DNA of 64,000 nucleotides from Planctomycetota bacterium (GCA_036376355.1 DASVAL010000028.1:19402-83401); one strand, 5' to 3'. Positions 46,398 through 59,036 are shown, numbered from the stretch's first letter. The notes: generated from the sequence alone by a model not told the origin. Program-made: numbers and translations.

Positions 46398-48652
46398 TTG
46401 AACCCCGACGTCCCCCAGGCCCACCCGGCCGCCCGCTGCGCAGCTGCCGACTTCCAGTCCCTCGCCGAGACACTGTCGTCGCTGATCGCCCTGATCCGCG
46501 GCACCAAGATCATCTACGCGAACCCCGCGGCCTGTGCGCTGATCGGCCGCCCGAAGGAGTGGTTCATCGACCGCGACTTCTGGGAGGTCGTGCACCCCGA
46601 CGACCGCGAGACCGCGATCGCCCGCGGGAAAGCGCGGGCCGCCGGCATCGCGCAGCAAAAGCGCATCCGCGAACGGCTCCTGCACGCCGACGGTCACGTG
46701 ATCTGGATGGACTACTCGATCGACGTCGTGATGTTCGAGGGTCAGCCGACGACGCTGTGCACGGGCCACGACGTCACCGAGCAGCGGCGCATCGAGGAGC
46801 AGCTCGCGCGCAGCGAGGCACGGCTCGCCGAGGCGCAACGCATCGGCAGCATCGGCAGCTGGGAATGGGACGTCCCGGGCGACAAGGTCACCTGGTCGGA
46901 CGAGATGGTCCGCATCTACGGCACCGGCCCGTGCGAGTTCGGCTCCTCGCTGCAGGACTACCTCGAGCTCGTGCACCCGGAGGACCGCGAGCTGGCGCGC
47001 ACCAGGATGGAACAGGCGCTGCGGCGCGGCGGCCCGTTCGCATTCGAGCATCGGATCGTGCGGGCCGACGGCCAGGTGCGCACGATCTCGGGCCGCGGCG
47101 AAGTGTTCCGCGACGCGTCGGGCGCGCCGGTCCGCGCCGCCGGCACGGGCCAGGACATCAGCGAGAAGCGGCGCATGGAGCGCGAGCTGCAGCAGAGCGA
47201 GGAGCGGTTCCGCAACCTGTGCCTGCAGGCGCCCGTGATGCTGATGTCGTTCGATCCCGAGGGACGCGTGCGCGACGTCAGCAACTTCTGGCTGCAGACC
47301 ACGGGCTACGCGCGGCACGAGGTCATCGGACAGCTCGGCTTCGGCTTCATCACGCCCGACTCGCGCGAGCGGCTGGAGCGCGCGATCGAGGAGAACCGGC
47401 GCCACAACGAGGTCGTGATCCGCAACATGCCGTTGCGCGGCATCTGCAAGGACGGCAGCACGATCGACCTGCTGAGCACGAGCGTGGCCGAGGTAGACGA
47501 CGCCGGCGAGCAGCGCGGCGCGATCTGCGTGCAGATCAACCTGACCGACCTGCAGCGCGCCGAGCAGGCGCTGCAGGAGAGCGCCGAACGCTACCGCGCG
47601 CTCGTCGAGCACGCGCCCGAGGCGATCATGGTCCTCGACGTCGAGCTCGACCGCTTCGTCGACGCGAACGAACGCGCCGAGAAGCTGTTCGGCTACTCGC
47701 GCGAGCGGCTGCTCACGATGGGTCCGCTGGACTTCTGCCCCGAGCGCCAAGCCGACCGCCGCGCCTCGTGCGAGGTCGTCGAGTGCGAGCACAACAAGGT
47801 GCTCGCCGGCGGCACCGCGGTCTTCGAGTTCACGCACGTCGACGCGGCCGGCCGCGAGATCGTCTGCCAGACGCAGTTGACGCGGCTGCCGGCCGCGGGG
47901 CGCCAGCTGATCCGCGCCACGATCACGGACATCACCGAGCTCAAGCAGCTGCAGGAGAAGGTCCGGCACGCCGAGAAGCTCGCGGCCGTCGGCGTCCTGG
48001 CCGCGGGCGTCGCCCACGAGATCGGCAACCCGCTGATGGCGCTGTCGATGGCGGCCCAGAGCCTCGAGCGTCGCACCGGCGACGCTTACACGCAGAACAA
48101 GCTGTCGCTGATCCGCGAGCACATCGACCGCATCTCGCGCATCGTGCGCCAGATGAGCGACCTCGCGCGCCCGCCGAACGGCCGCCGCGCCGACCACGAC
48201 CTGAACCGGATCGTTCGCCGCGCCGTCGAGATGGTGCGCTACGACAAGCGCGCGAGGAACGCCGAGATCGACTACCAGCTCGCCGAGCGCCTGCCGTCGG
48301 TCGAACTCGTCGAGGACGAGTTGACGCAGGTCTGCATCAACCTCGCGCTGAACGCGTTCGACGCGATGGCCGACAATCCGCCCGAACGGCCCCGGCGCCT
48401 GACGATCCACTCGATCGCCGCCCCCGGGATGCTGCGCCTGACGTTCCAGGACACCGGCCCCGGCGTGCCGCACGGCGTGCGCTCGCGGTTGTTCCAACCG
48501 TTCTTCACGACGAAGGACGTCGGCCAGGGCAGCGGCCTCGGCCTCTCGGTCAGCTACCGCATCCTGCAGGAGCACGACGGCAGGCTCGCGCTCGACGAGA
48601 GCGTGACCGAGGGCGCTGCGTTCGTGCTCGAGCTCCCGATCGGGGTGCGCTC

Positions 48653-48656
<4 letters not shown>
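46398..48656 (+). CDS. Multi-PAS sensor histidine kinase (soluble; >=4 PAS/PAC + HisKA + HATPase_c)
   Basis: Repeated PAS/PAC blocks (e.g. GSWEWDVPGDKVTWSDEMVRIYG; HRIVRADGQVRTISGRGEVFRDASGAPVRAAGTGQDISEKR). H-box VAHEIGNPLMAL. G-boxes DTGPGV, GQGSGLGLS. TTG start; no TM segments. Confidence 0.8.
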
Positions 48657-50026
<1,370 letters not shown>

Positions 50027-50064
50027 CCGCGCAGCACGGTGCCGGTCGAGCGCAAGGTCGCCAA

Positions 50065-50126
50065 GTGCTCGAGGCCGGCGTAACTTCGCTGTATCGCAAG
50101 CATCGGCGACCGGCCGGGAACGCAAG
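50065..50126 (+). repeat. Degenerate (~80% identical) direct copy of the last ~60 nt of the NtrC-family gene (HTH-coding 3' end), immediately downstream of its stop
   Basis: 49957-50013 ...ctcgggctcggcgtgacttcgctgtaccgcaagctcggcactgcgaccgcgaacgc vs 50065-50126 ...ctcgaggccggcgtaacttcgctgtatcgcaagcatcggcgaccggccgggaacgc. Confidence 0.5.
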
Positions 50127-50213
50127 ATGGGCGCCTTGCTCCGACCCGCAGCGCGGGAAGCGTCTGCAGTCGAAGCATCGTCCTCTCTCGTCAACCACTC
50201 GGACAAGGAACCC

Positions 50214-51944
50214 ATGCAACGCTCCTCCTCGCTGCTTCTGGCCGTGGCGCTCGCCACCACGGCGACCGCGCAGCTCACCCTCGTCACGCCGAACGGCTAC
50301 GCGAACACCGTCGGCAACTCGAACAACATCTACCCCTGGGGGCGCGACACGGCGAGCATGCGCATCCAGTTCCTGATCGACAGCTCGCACTTCACGAACC
50401 AGGGCGTCTCGAGCCCGATCACCATCCAGCAACTGCGCTACCGTCCCTGGGCCGGCTCCGTGACCTCGTGGTCCGGCGGTACGTGGCCGAGCGTGCGCAT
50501 CGACATGGCGACGAGCCCGCAAGACTGGGCTCTGGCGAGCACGGTGTTCGCCAACAATCTCGGTCCGGACCTCACGACGGTGCTCAACGGACCGGTCACC
50601 ATGAATGGCGGGTCGACCCTCGGCCCCGGCGTCGTGGTTCCCTGGTACATCACGATCCCGCTGACGACGCCCTTCCTCTACGACCCGACGTCGGGCAACG
50701 ACCTGACCATCGACATCTACCTCAACGGCGCAGGCTGGTCCGGCACTAGCCGCGGAGCGGACTTCGTGCAGGGCACGCCCGGCACGGGCGCCGCGGGCGG
50801 CTGCCGCGTCTACGACACGTCGGGAATCACGGGGTCATCGGGCACCATCACCACTGCCTACGCCCCGATCACCGAGTTCACCTACGTGCCCGCCGCGGGT
50901 TATGCGAGTGCAGCACCGTACGGCACCGGCTGCATCAACGTGCCCGACGTCTCCACGTACGAGCTCTTCGGCACGTCGGCCGCGTTCGACCTCGACAACA
51001 CGTCGATGTCCCTCGTGCCCACGGGCACCGGCTATCTCGCGGTCCCCGGCCTCACGAGCTTCGTGCCGCCCTCGGGCACGGCGACGACGCTGTCGCTGGG
51101 TGACGACACGGAGACGACGGTGACGCTGTCTGCTCCGATGCCGATCGGCTCGACGTCGACCACGCAGCTGACGGTCTGCTCGAACGGCTTCGTCTCCGCC
51201 GGCACCGGCAACGGGACCGCCTACACGCCGGATCCCACGGTGTTCCTGAACGGCCCGCGAGCATGGTGGAGCCTCGTCTGGCACGACTTGAACCCCGCCA
51301 TTGTGGGCAGCGGCCAGGTCAAGTTCGAAGAAGTCGGCGGCGTCGCGTACGTTACGTGGGATGGCGTCTGGGACTATGGCGGAACCTCTGTTGCGAACGC
51401 GAACACGTTCCAGGCCCAGTTCGACATCGCCACTGGCTTGGTGCACTACGTCTGGCAAACGGTGAGCAACTCCGGCAACGGCATCCTGACGGGCATCTCG
51501 AACGCCGGTCCTTCGCCGAACCCGGGCAGCATGGACATCTCGGCCGCGCTGCCGTCGACCTACATCGCCTCCACGTTCGCGACCCTGCCGCTGGCCCTCG
51601 CTTCGAGCGCCCGCCCCGTGATCGGCACGTCGATCTCGCTCAATTCGACGCAGGTGCCACCGGCTGGCTTGGTCGGCCTGCAGATCCTCGGCCTGACCGA
51701 GTTCACGGCCGGCATCGACCTGACCTTCCTCGGCATGCCGGGGTGCAACCTCCACACCACGCTCGACGCGACGGCAACGTTCTTCCCCGTGGGTGGCACG
51801 GGCAGCTCTCCCTTCGCCATTCCGGGCCTGCCGGCGCTGGCGGGCACGGTGATCAGGACGCAGTCGGCCGTGTGGGTCCCGGGCATCAACGCTTTCGGCT
51901 TCATCACGTCGAACGGCGTGCGGCTGACCCTGGACATGAATTGA
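50214..51944 (+). CDS. Secreted protein with NIDO-like (nidogen-like) domains, paralog B
   Basis: AAGGAA RBS and a signal peptide (LLLAVALATTATAQ). The second repeat TQLTVCSNGFVSAG...AWWSLVWHDLNPAIVGSGQVKFEE...VAYVTWDGVWDYGG...NTFQAQFDIATGLVHYVWQTV matches the NIDO block order. The C-terminal ...LTLDMN parallels ...LTLGM of paralog A. Confidence 0.65.
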   Translation: MQRSSSLLLAVALATTATAQLTLVTPNGYANTVGNSNNIYPWGRDTASMRIQFLIDSSHFTNQGVSSPITIQQLRYRPWAGSVTSWSGGTWPSVRIDMATSPQDWALASTVFANNLGPDLTTVLNGPVTMNGGSTLGPGVVVPWYITIPLTTPFLYDPTSGNDLTIDIYLNGAGWSGTSRGADFVQGTPGTGAAGGCRVYDTSGITGSSGTITTAYAPITEFTYVPAAGYASAAPYGTGCINVPDVSTYELFGTSAAFDLDNTSMSLVPTGTGYLAVPGLTSFVPPSGTATTLSLGDDTETTVTLSAPMPIGSTSTTQLTVCSNGFVSAGTGNGTAYTPDPTVFLNGPRAWWSLVWHDLNPAIVGSGQVKFEEVGGVAYVTWDGVWDYGGTSVANANTFQAQFDIATGLVHYVWQTVSNSGNGILTGISNAGPSPNPGSMDISAALPSTYIASTFATLPLALASSARPVIGTSISLNSTQVPPAGLVGLQILGLTEFTAGIDLTFLGMPGCNLHTTLDATATFFPVGGTGSSPFAIPGLPALAGTVIRTQSAVWVPGINAFGFITSNGVRLTLDMN

Positions 51945-52152
51945 GCCGCGCCCGCCGATGGGACCTGCGCGCGGCGCCCCGTGAAGGCGCCGCTGCAGGA
52001 CCCGCCCGCGCCGCGGCCGGGCACGCGGTAATGGCGTTCCGGGCCGCGAACACGCGCAGGCCCCCCCGTTCCGGATCCGGTGCGGAATCACGGGGCCGGG
52101 TGTGGCAGATGGCTTGCGCCCGGCACGGCACACGCCTTGCTCTCGGTACGGC

Positions 52153-53283
52153 ATGAGCACTGCCCCCATTTCGACCCGTCGACGCTGGATGGCTTCTGCG
52201 CTGCTGCTGCTCGTCGTGGTCGGCACCGGCGGCGGCCTCTTCGCCTGGAAGCACAACAGCCACGAGGCCAGGGCTGCCGAGAGCGCGGCCCAGCCCGAAC
52301 ACAGCGAGACGGTCGCTGCCGCGACCGCGGTCGCACGCGCTTACCGCCGCACGACGACGTCGATCGGCACCGTGATCGCGCTGCGCTCGATCACGCTGCA
52401 CAACGAGCTGGCCGGCAGCGTGCACTCGGTCAACCTGGTCCCGGGCGCGATCGTCGAGCCGGGCACGGTGCTCGTGGCACTCGACGTCGCCGTCGAGGAA
52501 GCCGAGCTGCAGGCGCAGCAGGCGCAGGCGGCCCTCGCCGGCAACGTGCTCGAACGCATGTCGAAGGCGATGGAGAAGGCCGCCGCGTCGGCGCTCGACG
52601 TCGACCGCGCGCGCGCCGAGCGCGACGTCGCACTCGCCCAGGTCGAGCGCATCAAGGCGGTCATCGCGAGGAAGACGATCAAAGCACCGTTCCGCGCGCG
52701 CGTCGGCATGGCGGACGTGCACGAGGGCCAGTTCCTGCGCGAGGGCACGCAGCTGACCACGTTGCAGGGGCTCGACGACCAGGCACACATCGACTTCATG
52801 GTCACGCAGGCCGTCGCTGCGGGACTGCAGCCCGGCGACGTCGTCGACGCGTTCCCCGTCGGTGCCTCGGCACCGGTGCCGACGAAGATCGTCGCGGTCG
52901 ACGCGCGCGTCGACCCGAACACGCGCAACGCGAAGGTCCGCGTCGCGATCGACAACGCGCAGCGCGGCGCGGCGCCCGGTGCGTCGGTGCGCGTGCAGGT
53001 GCCGGTCGGCCCGAAGCTCGACGTCGTCACGGTCCCGGTCAGCGCGCTGCGCAAGGGACCGGCGGGTGACCACGTGTTCGTGATCGCGGAGCAGGACGGG
53101 AAGACGCGCGCACAGCTGCGGCCCGTGCAGAGCGGCTCGATGCTCGGCGACGACGTCGTGATCCTCGACGGCCTGAAGCCCGGCGAACGCGTCGCGGCCG
53201 CGGGCTCGTTCAAGCTGTATCCGTTCGCGCTCGTCAACGTGAAGGACGAGAACGGCGCGACCCCGGGCGGCAGCCGCAACTGA
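52153..53283 (+). CDS. RND efflux periplasmic adaptor (membrane fusion protein, HlyD family)
   Basis: N-terminal TM ALLLLVVVG, coiled-coil hairpin (EEAELQAQQAQAALAG...ERDVALAQVERIK), beta-barrel / MP domain IKAPFRARVGMADVHEGQFL. Confidence 0.8.
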   Translation: MSTAPISTRRRWMASALLLLVVVGTGGGLFAWKHNSHEARAAESAAQPEHSETVAAATAVARAYRRTTTSIGTVIALRSITLHNELAGSVHSVNLVPGAIVEPGTVLVALDVAVEEAELQAQQAQAALAGNVLERMSKAMEKAAASALDVDRARAERDVALAQVERIKAVIARKTIKAPFRARVGMADVHEGQFLREGTQLTTLQGLDDQAHIDFMVTQAVAAGLQPGDVVDAFPVGASAPVPTKIVAVDARVDPNTRNAKVRVAIDNAQRGAAPGASVRVQVPVGPKLDVVTVPVSALRKGPAGDHVFVIAEQDGKTRAQLRPVQSGSMLGDDVVILDGLKPGERVAAAGSFKLYPFALVNVKDENGATPGGSRN

Positions 53284-53359
53284 CCGCCCACCCGACGCCC
53301 GCAACACTCCGCGCCCGCAACACCCGGCACAAAGGCGCAAACCGGCGAGGACTCCTCCA

Positions 53360-56300
53360 ATGCGTTCGTTCACCGATATCTTCATCCGCCACCCCGTACT
53401 CGCGGCGGTCGTCAACCTGGTCATCTTGCTGATCGGGGCCCGCGCGATCTTCTCGCTGCCGGTGCAGCAGTTCCCGCAGCTCGACAGCGCGTCGATCATC
53501 ATCAAGACGATCTACACGGGTGCCAGCGCCGAGAACGTGCGCGGCTTCCTGACGACGCCGATCGAGCGCGTCGTGTCCGCGATCGGCGGCGTCGACCACA
53601 TCGAGTCGGAGAGCCGCGCCGGCATCAGCACGATCACGATCCGGCTCAAGCTGAACTACAGCGCGACTGCAGCACTTGCGGAGACGACGGCGCGCCTGCA
53701 GCAGGTGCGCTCCGAGCTGCCGGCCGAGGCCGAGCCGCCGATGGTCGAGATCCAGCGCGCCGACCGCCCGTACGCGTCGTTCTACATCAGCTTCACGTCG
53801 CCGCACCGCGGCGTCGCCGAGATCACGGACTACCTGACGCGCACCGTGCAGCCGCAGCTCGCGACCGTGCCCGGCGTGCAGCGCGTGACGAACCAGGAGG
53901 GCGGCCGCCCGATCGCGATGCGCGTCTGGATCGATCCCGACCGGCTCGCGACGCACAACCTGGCGCCCGGCGACGTGTGGGCGGCGCTGCAGCGCAACAA
54001 CTACCTCGCTGCAGTCGGCCAGACGAAGGGCAACCTGGTGCAGATCAACCTGCTCGCGAACACCGACCTGCGCTCGGTGGCCGAGTTCGAGAACCTGATC
54101 GTCACCGACCGCGACGGCGCGCTCGTGCGCCTGTCGGACGTCGCCCGCGTCGAGCTCGGCGCCGAGGAGGCCGACCTGGTCGCGAAGTACAACGAGGAGG
54201 AGAGCGTCTACCTCGGCGTGTGGTCGCTCGTCGGCGCGAACGAGCTCGACGTCGCGCACCGCCTGAAGCAGGAGATGGCGAAGATCGAGCCGACGCTGCC
54301 GCAGGGCATGGCGATGCGGCTCGTCTGGGACGGCACCGTCTTCATGAGCGACGCGCTCTCCGAAATCAGCATCACGCTGATGGAGACGATCGGCATCGTC
54401 GCGCTCGTCGTCTTCCTGTTCCTCGGCTCCGTGCGCACGGCGCTCGTGCCGCTCGTCGCGATGCCGGTGTCGCTGGTCGGCGCCGTGATGGTCATGAGCG
54501 CGTTCGGCTTCAGCCTGAACCTGCTGACGATCCTCGCGATCGTGCTGTCGGTCGGCCTCGTCGTCGACGACGCGATCGTCGTCGTCGAGAACGTCGAGCG
54601 GCACGTGCGCCTCGGCAAGACGCGGCTGCAGGCCGCCACTGCCGCGGCACGCGAGCTGCTCGGCCCGATCATCGCGATGACGATCACGCTCGCGGCGGTC
54701 TACACGCCGATCGGCTTCCAGGGCGGCATGACGGGGTCGCTGTTCCTCGAGTTCGCGATCACGCTCGCAGCGGCAGTCGTCGTGTCCGGCCTCGTCGCGC
54801 TGACGCTGTCGCCGATCATGAGCGCGTGGTTCGTGCACGCGCACGGCAAGGAGGGCTGGCTGACGGCGCACGTCAACCGAGGATTCGAAGCCGTGCGTCG
54901 CGTCTACGCGTGGCTGCTCGACACGGCGCTCGGGATCCGCTGGGTGATCGTCGCGACCGCACTCGCGGTCACGGTGTCGGCGCTCTGGCTCTACCAGGGC
55001 AGCAAGCGCGAGCTCGCGCCGATCGAGGACCAGAGCCACATCTTCCTGTTCTTCGACGCGGCACCGGACGCGACGCTCGCGTCGGTCCACAACGAGTCGC
55101 TGAAGGTCGTCGAAGCGGTCCGCTCGTTCGACGACACGAAGTTCATGTGGTCGCTGGTCGGCAACTTCGGCGGCTTCGGCGGCATGGTGCACAAGTACTG
55201 GAAGGACCGCGAACGCTCGCCGCAGGACAACTACATGCCGCTGATGATGAAGCTGTCGCAGGTCCCCGGTCTGCGCGTGTTCCCGCGGCTCGACCCGCCG
55301 CTGCCGACGTCGGGCATCCACGACGTCGAGCTGCTGCTGCTCAGCAACTCGCCCGTGGAGCAGATGGCCGAGATCGCGGGCCAGCTCGTCGGCGCCGCGT
55401 TCGCCAGCCGCAAGTTCGCCTATGCGGACGCGGACCTGAAGATCGACCGGCCGCAGGCGCGCGTCATCGTCGACCGCGAGCAGATCGCGGACCTCGGCCT
55501 CGACCTCGCGGGCGTCGGCCGCGAGCTCGGCACGCTGCTCGGCGGCGGCTACGTGAATCGCTTCAACTGGTTCGACCGCAGCTACAAGGTCATCCCGCAG
55601 ATCGGCGACGCGGATCGCGCGACCGTCGGCCCGCTGCTCGACCTGAAGATCAAGACGCCGGGCGGCGACCTCGTGCCGGTGTCGACGTTCGTCAAGATCG
55701 AGCAGGGCACGTCGCCGCGCACGCTGAACCGCTTCCAACAGCAGAACTCCGTCAAGATCATGGGCGGCGTCACGCCGGGCGTGACGAAGGAGGAGGCGCT
55801 GACGTGGCTCGAGGCCGAGGCGAAGAAGCTCGTGCCGGCGGGCACGCTGATCGACTACGCCGGTGAGTCGCGGCAGATCCGGCACGAAGGCTCGGCGCTC
55901 ATGACGACGTTGGGCTTCGCGGTGATCCTGATCTACCTGGTGCTCGCGGCGCAGTTCCACAGCTTCCGCGACCCGCTGATCGTGTTGCTCGGCTCGGTGC
56001 CCCTCGCGATCTGCGGCGCTCTGGTCTTCACCTACGCCGAGCGGACGACGATCAACATCTACTCGCAGGTCGGCCTGATCACCCTCGTCGGCCTGATCGC
56101 GAAGAACGGCATCCTGATCGTCGAGTTCGCGAACACGCTGCAGCGGCGCGGGCTGTCGAAGCTCGAGGCGCTGCGCGAAGCGTCGCTCACGCGGCTGCGC
56201 CCCGTGCTGATGACGTCGGCGGCGACGGTGTTCGGCCACCTGCCGCTCGTGTTCGTCAACGGCCCGGGCGCCGCGGCGCGCAACAGCATCGGCATCGTGC

Positions 56301-56479
56301 TCGTCGCCGGCATGGCGATCGGCACGGTCTTCACGCTGTTCGTCGTGCCGGTCTTCTACTCGCTGATCGCGGCGCGCCACGTCGCGGTCCCCGAAGAGCC
56401 GGAGGTCGCACCGGCGACGCCGGACTTCGCACTCCCCGCATTCCCTCACCGCAGCGGCACCGCGGAGGCACTCTCGTGA
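53360..56479 (+). CDS. RND efflux transporter permease (AcrB/HAE1-like, 1039 aa)
   Basis: MRSFTDIFIRHPVLAAVVNLVILLIGARAIFSLPVQQFPQ is the classic AcrB N-terminus. 12-TM architecture with two large periplasmic loops. Conserved ...VGLVVDDAIVVVENVERH. Confidence 0.9.
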   Translation: MRSFTDIFIRHPVLAAVVNLVILLIGARAIFSLPVQQFPQLDSASIIIKTIYTGASAENVRGFLTTPIERVVSAIGGVDHIESESRAGISTITIRLKLNYSATAALAETTARLQQVRSELPAEAEPPMVEIQRADRPYASFYISFTSPHRGVAEITDYLTRTVQPQLATVPGVQRVTNQEGGRPIAMRVWIDPDRLATHNLAPGDVWAALQRNNYLAAVGQTKGNLVQINLLANTDLRSVAEFENLIVTDRDGALVRLSDVARVELGAEEADLVAKYNEEESVYLGVWSLVGANELDVAHRLKQEMAKIEPTLPQGMAMRLVWDGTVFMSDALSEISITLMETIGIVALVVFLFLGSVRTALVPLVAMPVSLVGAVMVMSAFGFSLNLLTILAIVLSVGLVVDDAIVVVENVERHVRLGKTRLQAATAAARELLGPIIAMTITLAAVYTPIGFQGGMTGSLFLEFAITLAAAVVVSGLVALTLSPIMSAWFVHAHGKEGWLTAHVNRGFEAVRRVYAWLLDTALGIRWVIVATALAVTVSALWLYQGSKRELAPIEDQSHIFLFFDAAPDATLASVHNESLKVVEAVRSFDDTKFMWSLVGNFGGFGGMVHKYWKDRERSPQDNYMPLMMKLSQVPGLRVFPRLDPPLPTSGIHDVELLLLSNSPVEQMAEIAGQLVGAAFASRKFAYADADLKIDRPQARVIVDREQIADLGLDLAGVGRELGTLLGGGYVNRFNWFDRSYKVIPQIGDADRATVGPLLDLKIKTPGGDLVPVSTFVKIEQGTSPRTLNRFQQQNSVKIMGGVTPGVTKEEALTWLEAEAKKLVPAGTLIDYAGESRQIRHEGSALMTTLGFAVILIYLVLAAQFHSFRDPLIVLLGSVPLAICGALVFTYAERTTINIYSQVGLITLVGLIAKNGILIVEFANTLQRRGLSKLEALREASLTRLRPVLMTSAATVFGHLPLVFVNGPGAAARNSIGIVLVAGMAIGTVFTLFVVPVFYSLIAARHVAVPEEPEVAPATPDFALPAFPHRSGTAEALS

Positions 56480-57894
56480 TCCCTTTCCCTTCCCTGCTCC
56501 GTCGCTCCTCGGCCGCCGTGTTGCTCGCGTTCGCCTCGGGCTGCACCGTCGGCCCCGACTACCAGCCACCCGAGGTCACGGCCTTGCCGGCCGCGTATCT
56601 CGAAGGCGGCACCGGCTTGACCGCCGACCCGGCCGACCTGACCACGTGGTGGAAGCAGCTCGGCGACCCGCTGCTCGACAAGCTCGTCGAGCGCGCCGCG
56701 AACCAGAGCCTCGACCTCAGGGAAGCGCTCGCGCGCGTCAACGAGCTGCGCGCGCTGCGTGGCGCGACCGCTGCCGAGTTGTGGCCGACCGTCGACGCCC
56801 GCGTCGGCTACCAGCGCCGCCAGGACAGCGAGAACACGCCGTTCGGCTCGTTCGCGACCGACTTCGACAGCTACACGGCCGGCCTCGACGCGTCGTGGGA
56901 GCTCGACCTGTGGGGCCGCGTGCAGCGTTCGATCGAAGCGGCCGACGCCGACCTGCAGGCCGAGGTCGAGACGCTGCGCGGAGTCCTCGTCAGCGTCATC
57001 GGCGAGGTCGCCGCGAACTACGTGCTGCTGCGCTCGCTGCAGGAGCGCGTCGCCATTGCGCAGAACAACCTGTCGCTGCAGGAGCGCACGCAAGCACTCG
57101 TCGAGGCGCGCTTCTCGTCCGGCCTCGTGACCGAACGCGACGTCGCCCAGGCGCGCGCGAACGTGTCCGCGACGCGCGCGCGCGTGCCGGCCCTCGAGAT
57201 CGAAGCACGCGCCGCCGAGAACCGTCTCGCCGTGGTGCTGGGTTTGGCGCCCGGCGCGCTCACCGCGGAACTCGCCGCCGCAGCGCCGATCCCCGTGCCG
57301 CCGGTGCGCGTCGCGGTCGGCGTGCCGTCCGACGTCGTGCGCCGCCGCCCCGACATCCGCGCCGCCGAGCGCCAGCTCGCGGCCGAGACGGCGCGCATCG
57401 GCGTCGCAGAGGGTGATCTCTATCCGCGCCTCTCGCTGTTCGGCACGTTCGGCTTCGAGTCGGACGAGGTGAAATCGCTGTTCGACTCGGGTAGCTTCAC
57501 GATGGGCGTCGGCCCCGCGATCAGCTGGAACGTCTTCGATGCCGGCCGCATCAGGAACCGTATCGAGGCGCAGGACGCGCGCACGCAGCAGGCACTCGCG
57601 CGCTGGGAGCGCACGGTGCTGATCGCGGTCGAGGAAGTCGAGAACGCGATGACCGGCTTCGTGCGCGAGCAGGTCCGCGTCGCGCATCTTCGCGAAGCCG
57701 CGACGCAGGCGCGCCGCGCCGCCGACGTCGCGTCGGCGCAATACACGTCGGGCCTCACGGACTTCCAGAACGTCGTCGACTTCGAGCGCGCAACCGCCGA
57801 GCTCGAGGACCAGCTCGCACAGAGTCGCGCGAGCATCACCACGAACCTGATCAGCCTCTACAAGGCGCTAGGTGGCGGCTGGGAGTCGGGTTAG
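56476..57894 (+). CDS. RND efflux outer-membrane factor lipoprotein (NodT/OprM family)
   Basis: Lipobox LAFASGCTVGPDYQPPE is the NodT-family signature. Two OEP repeats. 4-nt overlap with the RND pump stop. Confidence 0.85.
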   Translation: MIPFPSLLRRSSAAVLLAFASGCTVGPDYQPPEVTALPAAYLEGGTGLTADPADLTTWWKQLGDPLLDKLVERAANQSLDLREALARVNELRALRGATAAELWPTVDARVGYQRRQDSENTPFGSFATDFDSYTAGLDASWELDLWGRVQRSIEAADADLQAEVETLRGVLVSVIGEVAANYVLLRSLQERVAIAQNNLSLQERTQALVEARFSSGLVTERDVAQARANVSATRARVPALEIEARAAENRLAVVLGLAPGALTAELAAAAPIPVPPVRVAVGVPSDVVRRRPDIRAAERQLAAETARIGVAEGDLYPRLSLFGTFGFESDEVKSLFDSGSFTMGVGPAISWNVFDAGRIRNRIEAQDARTQQALARWERTVLIAVEEVENAMTGFVREQVRVAHLREAATQARRAADVASAQYTSGLTDFQNVVDFERATAELEDQLAQSRASITTNLISLYKALGGGWESG

Positions 57895-59036
57895 CCCAGG
57901 AACTCGCCGAGCGATGCCGCGAAGCGGCGCGCCGGCAGCACGTGCACGCCGTCGTCGAGCAGCGGCCGGTCGCCGAGGTAGACCGCGACCGCCTTCCGGA
58001 TCGTCTTCTGGCGCAGCAGCTCGCGCAGCGCATTGCCGCTCTCCGGCCGCCAGCGCTCGGACGCCTTCACCTCGATACCCACCGCGTGGTCCGGGCCGGT
58101 CCACACGAAGTCGACCTCGACTCCGCCGCCCGTGCGATACCACGACAGCTCGCCGCCGCACTGCGCATGCTGGATGTGCGCACGCAGCTCGTGCAGGACC
58201 CAGGTCTCGAGCAGGGCACCCTTCTCCGTGTCGTGCACGGAGGCACGCACGCGGTTGGTGACGGCGCGCGCGACGCCGGGGTCGAAGAAGAAGAACTTCG
58301 GGTGCGCGACCTCGCGCACCTTGAGTCGCGGCTGCCAGGCGGGCAACCACACTCCGATCAGCGTGTCGACGAGGATGTCGAAGTAGCGCTGCACCGTCGA
58401 GCGCGCGACGCCGGCCTCATTGGAGACATTGCTGATGTTCACGATCTGCGCGTTCAGCACCGCTGCGACGCGCAGGAAGCGCGAGAAGCCGGGCAGGTCC
58501 TTGGTCAACGCCTCCTGCTGGATTTCCTGGTGCAGGTAGTTCGTGGCGTAGGCTTCGAGCGTGTCGACTGCATTGTCGGGATCGGAGCGCACGCCCGGCA
58601 GCAGTCCGGTGCGCAGCACGTCGTCGATGGTTGCTTCCTTGCCGACCTCGGCCAGCGTCAGCGGGAAGAACGAACGGTTGACGACGCGACCGGCGAGCAT
58701 GTTGGCGTCCAGCCGCTTCAGCTTGCGCGCGCTCGAACCGCTGAGGGCGAAGCGGTAGCGCTTACCGTGTTTCTGTACGAGCGAGTGCACCTCGTCGAGC
58801 AGTGCGGGCACCTTCTGGACCTCGTCGACGACGATCCAGGTGTTCGCCGGCAGCGCCTCGACCTCCTTGCGCAGGAGCCCGGGCTCGTGCAGGAAGCGCA
58901 GGAAGGTCGCGTTCAGGACCAGGTCGCACCAGTGCGCATCGCCGAGCACCTGGCGCAGCCAGGTGGTCTTTCCCGTGGCGCGGGGGCCGAACAGGAAGAA
59001 CGAGGTCTTCGGCAGCTCGAGGAGGCGTGCATACAT
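57891..59036 (-). CDS. AAA+ ATPase, DUF4143-containing (COG1373-like)
   Basis: Walker A LFGPRATGKTT and Walker B WIVVDEVQ, followed by DUF4143-like region NYLHQEI...GFSRFLRVAAVLNAQIVNISNVSNEAGVARSTVQRYFDIL. Alternative start 59066. Confidence 0.7.
   Translation of the reverse strand: MYARLLELPKTSFFLFGPRATGKTTWLRQVLGDAHWCDLVLNATFLRFLHEPGLLRKEVEALPANTWIVVDEVQKVPALLDEVHSLVQKHGKRYRFALSGSSARKLKRLDANMLAGRVVNRSFFPLTLAEVGKEATIDDVLRTGLLPGVRSDPDNAVDTLEAYATNYLHQEIQQEALTKDLPGFSRFLRVAAVLNAQIVNISNVSNEAGVARSTVQRYFDILVDTLIGVWLPAWQPRLKVREVAHPKFFFFDPGVARAVTNRVRASVHDTEKGALLETWVLHELRAHIQHAQCGGELSWYRTGGGVEVDFVWTGPDHAVGIEVKASERWRPESGNALRELLRQKTIRKAVAVYLGDRPLLDDGVHVLPARRFAASLGEFLG

Noticed and set aside
50027-50213. 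Sigma54 promoter upstream of NIDO paralog B (directly downstream of the NtrC-like gene)
   Set aside because: The only GG...GC candidate (TGGGCGCCTTGCT) has the wrong spacing (5 nt instead of 10 between GG and GC). No TGGCAC-N5-TTGC match found by eye.
57888-57897. 4-nt convergent overlap between the OMF gene stop and the AAA ATPase gene stop
   Set aside because: Simple stop-codon overlap (TTAG / CTAA) of convergent genes, common in compact genomes. No regulatory significance inferred.
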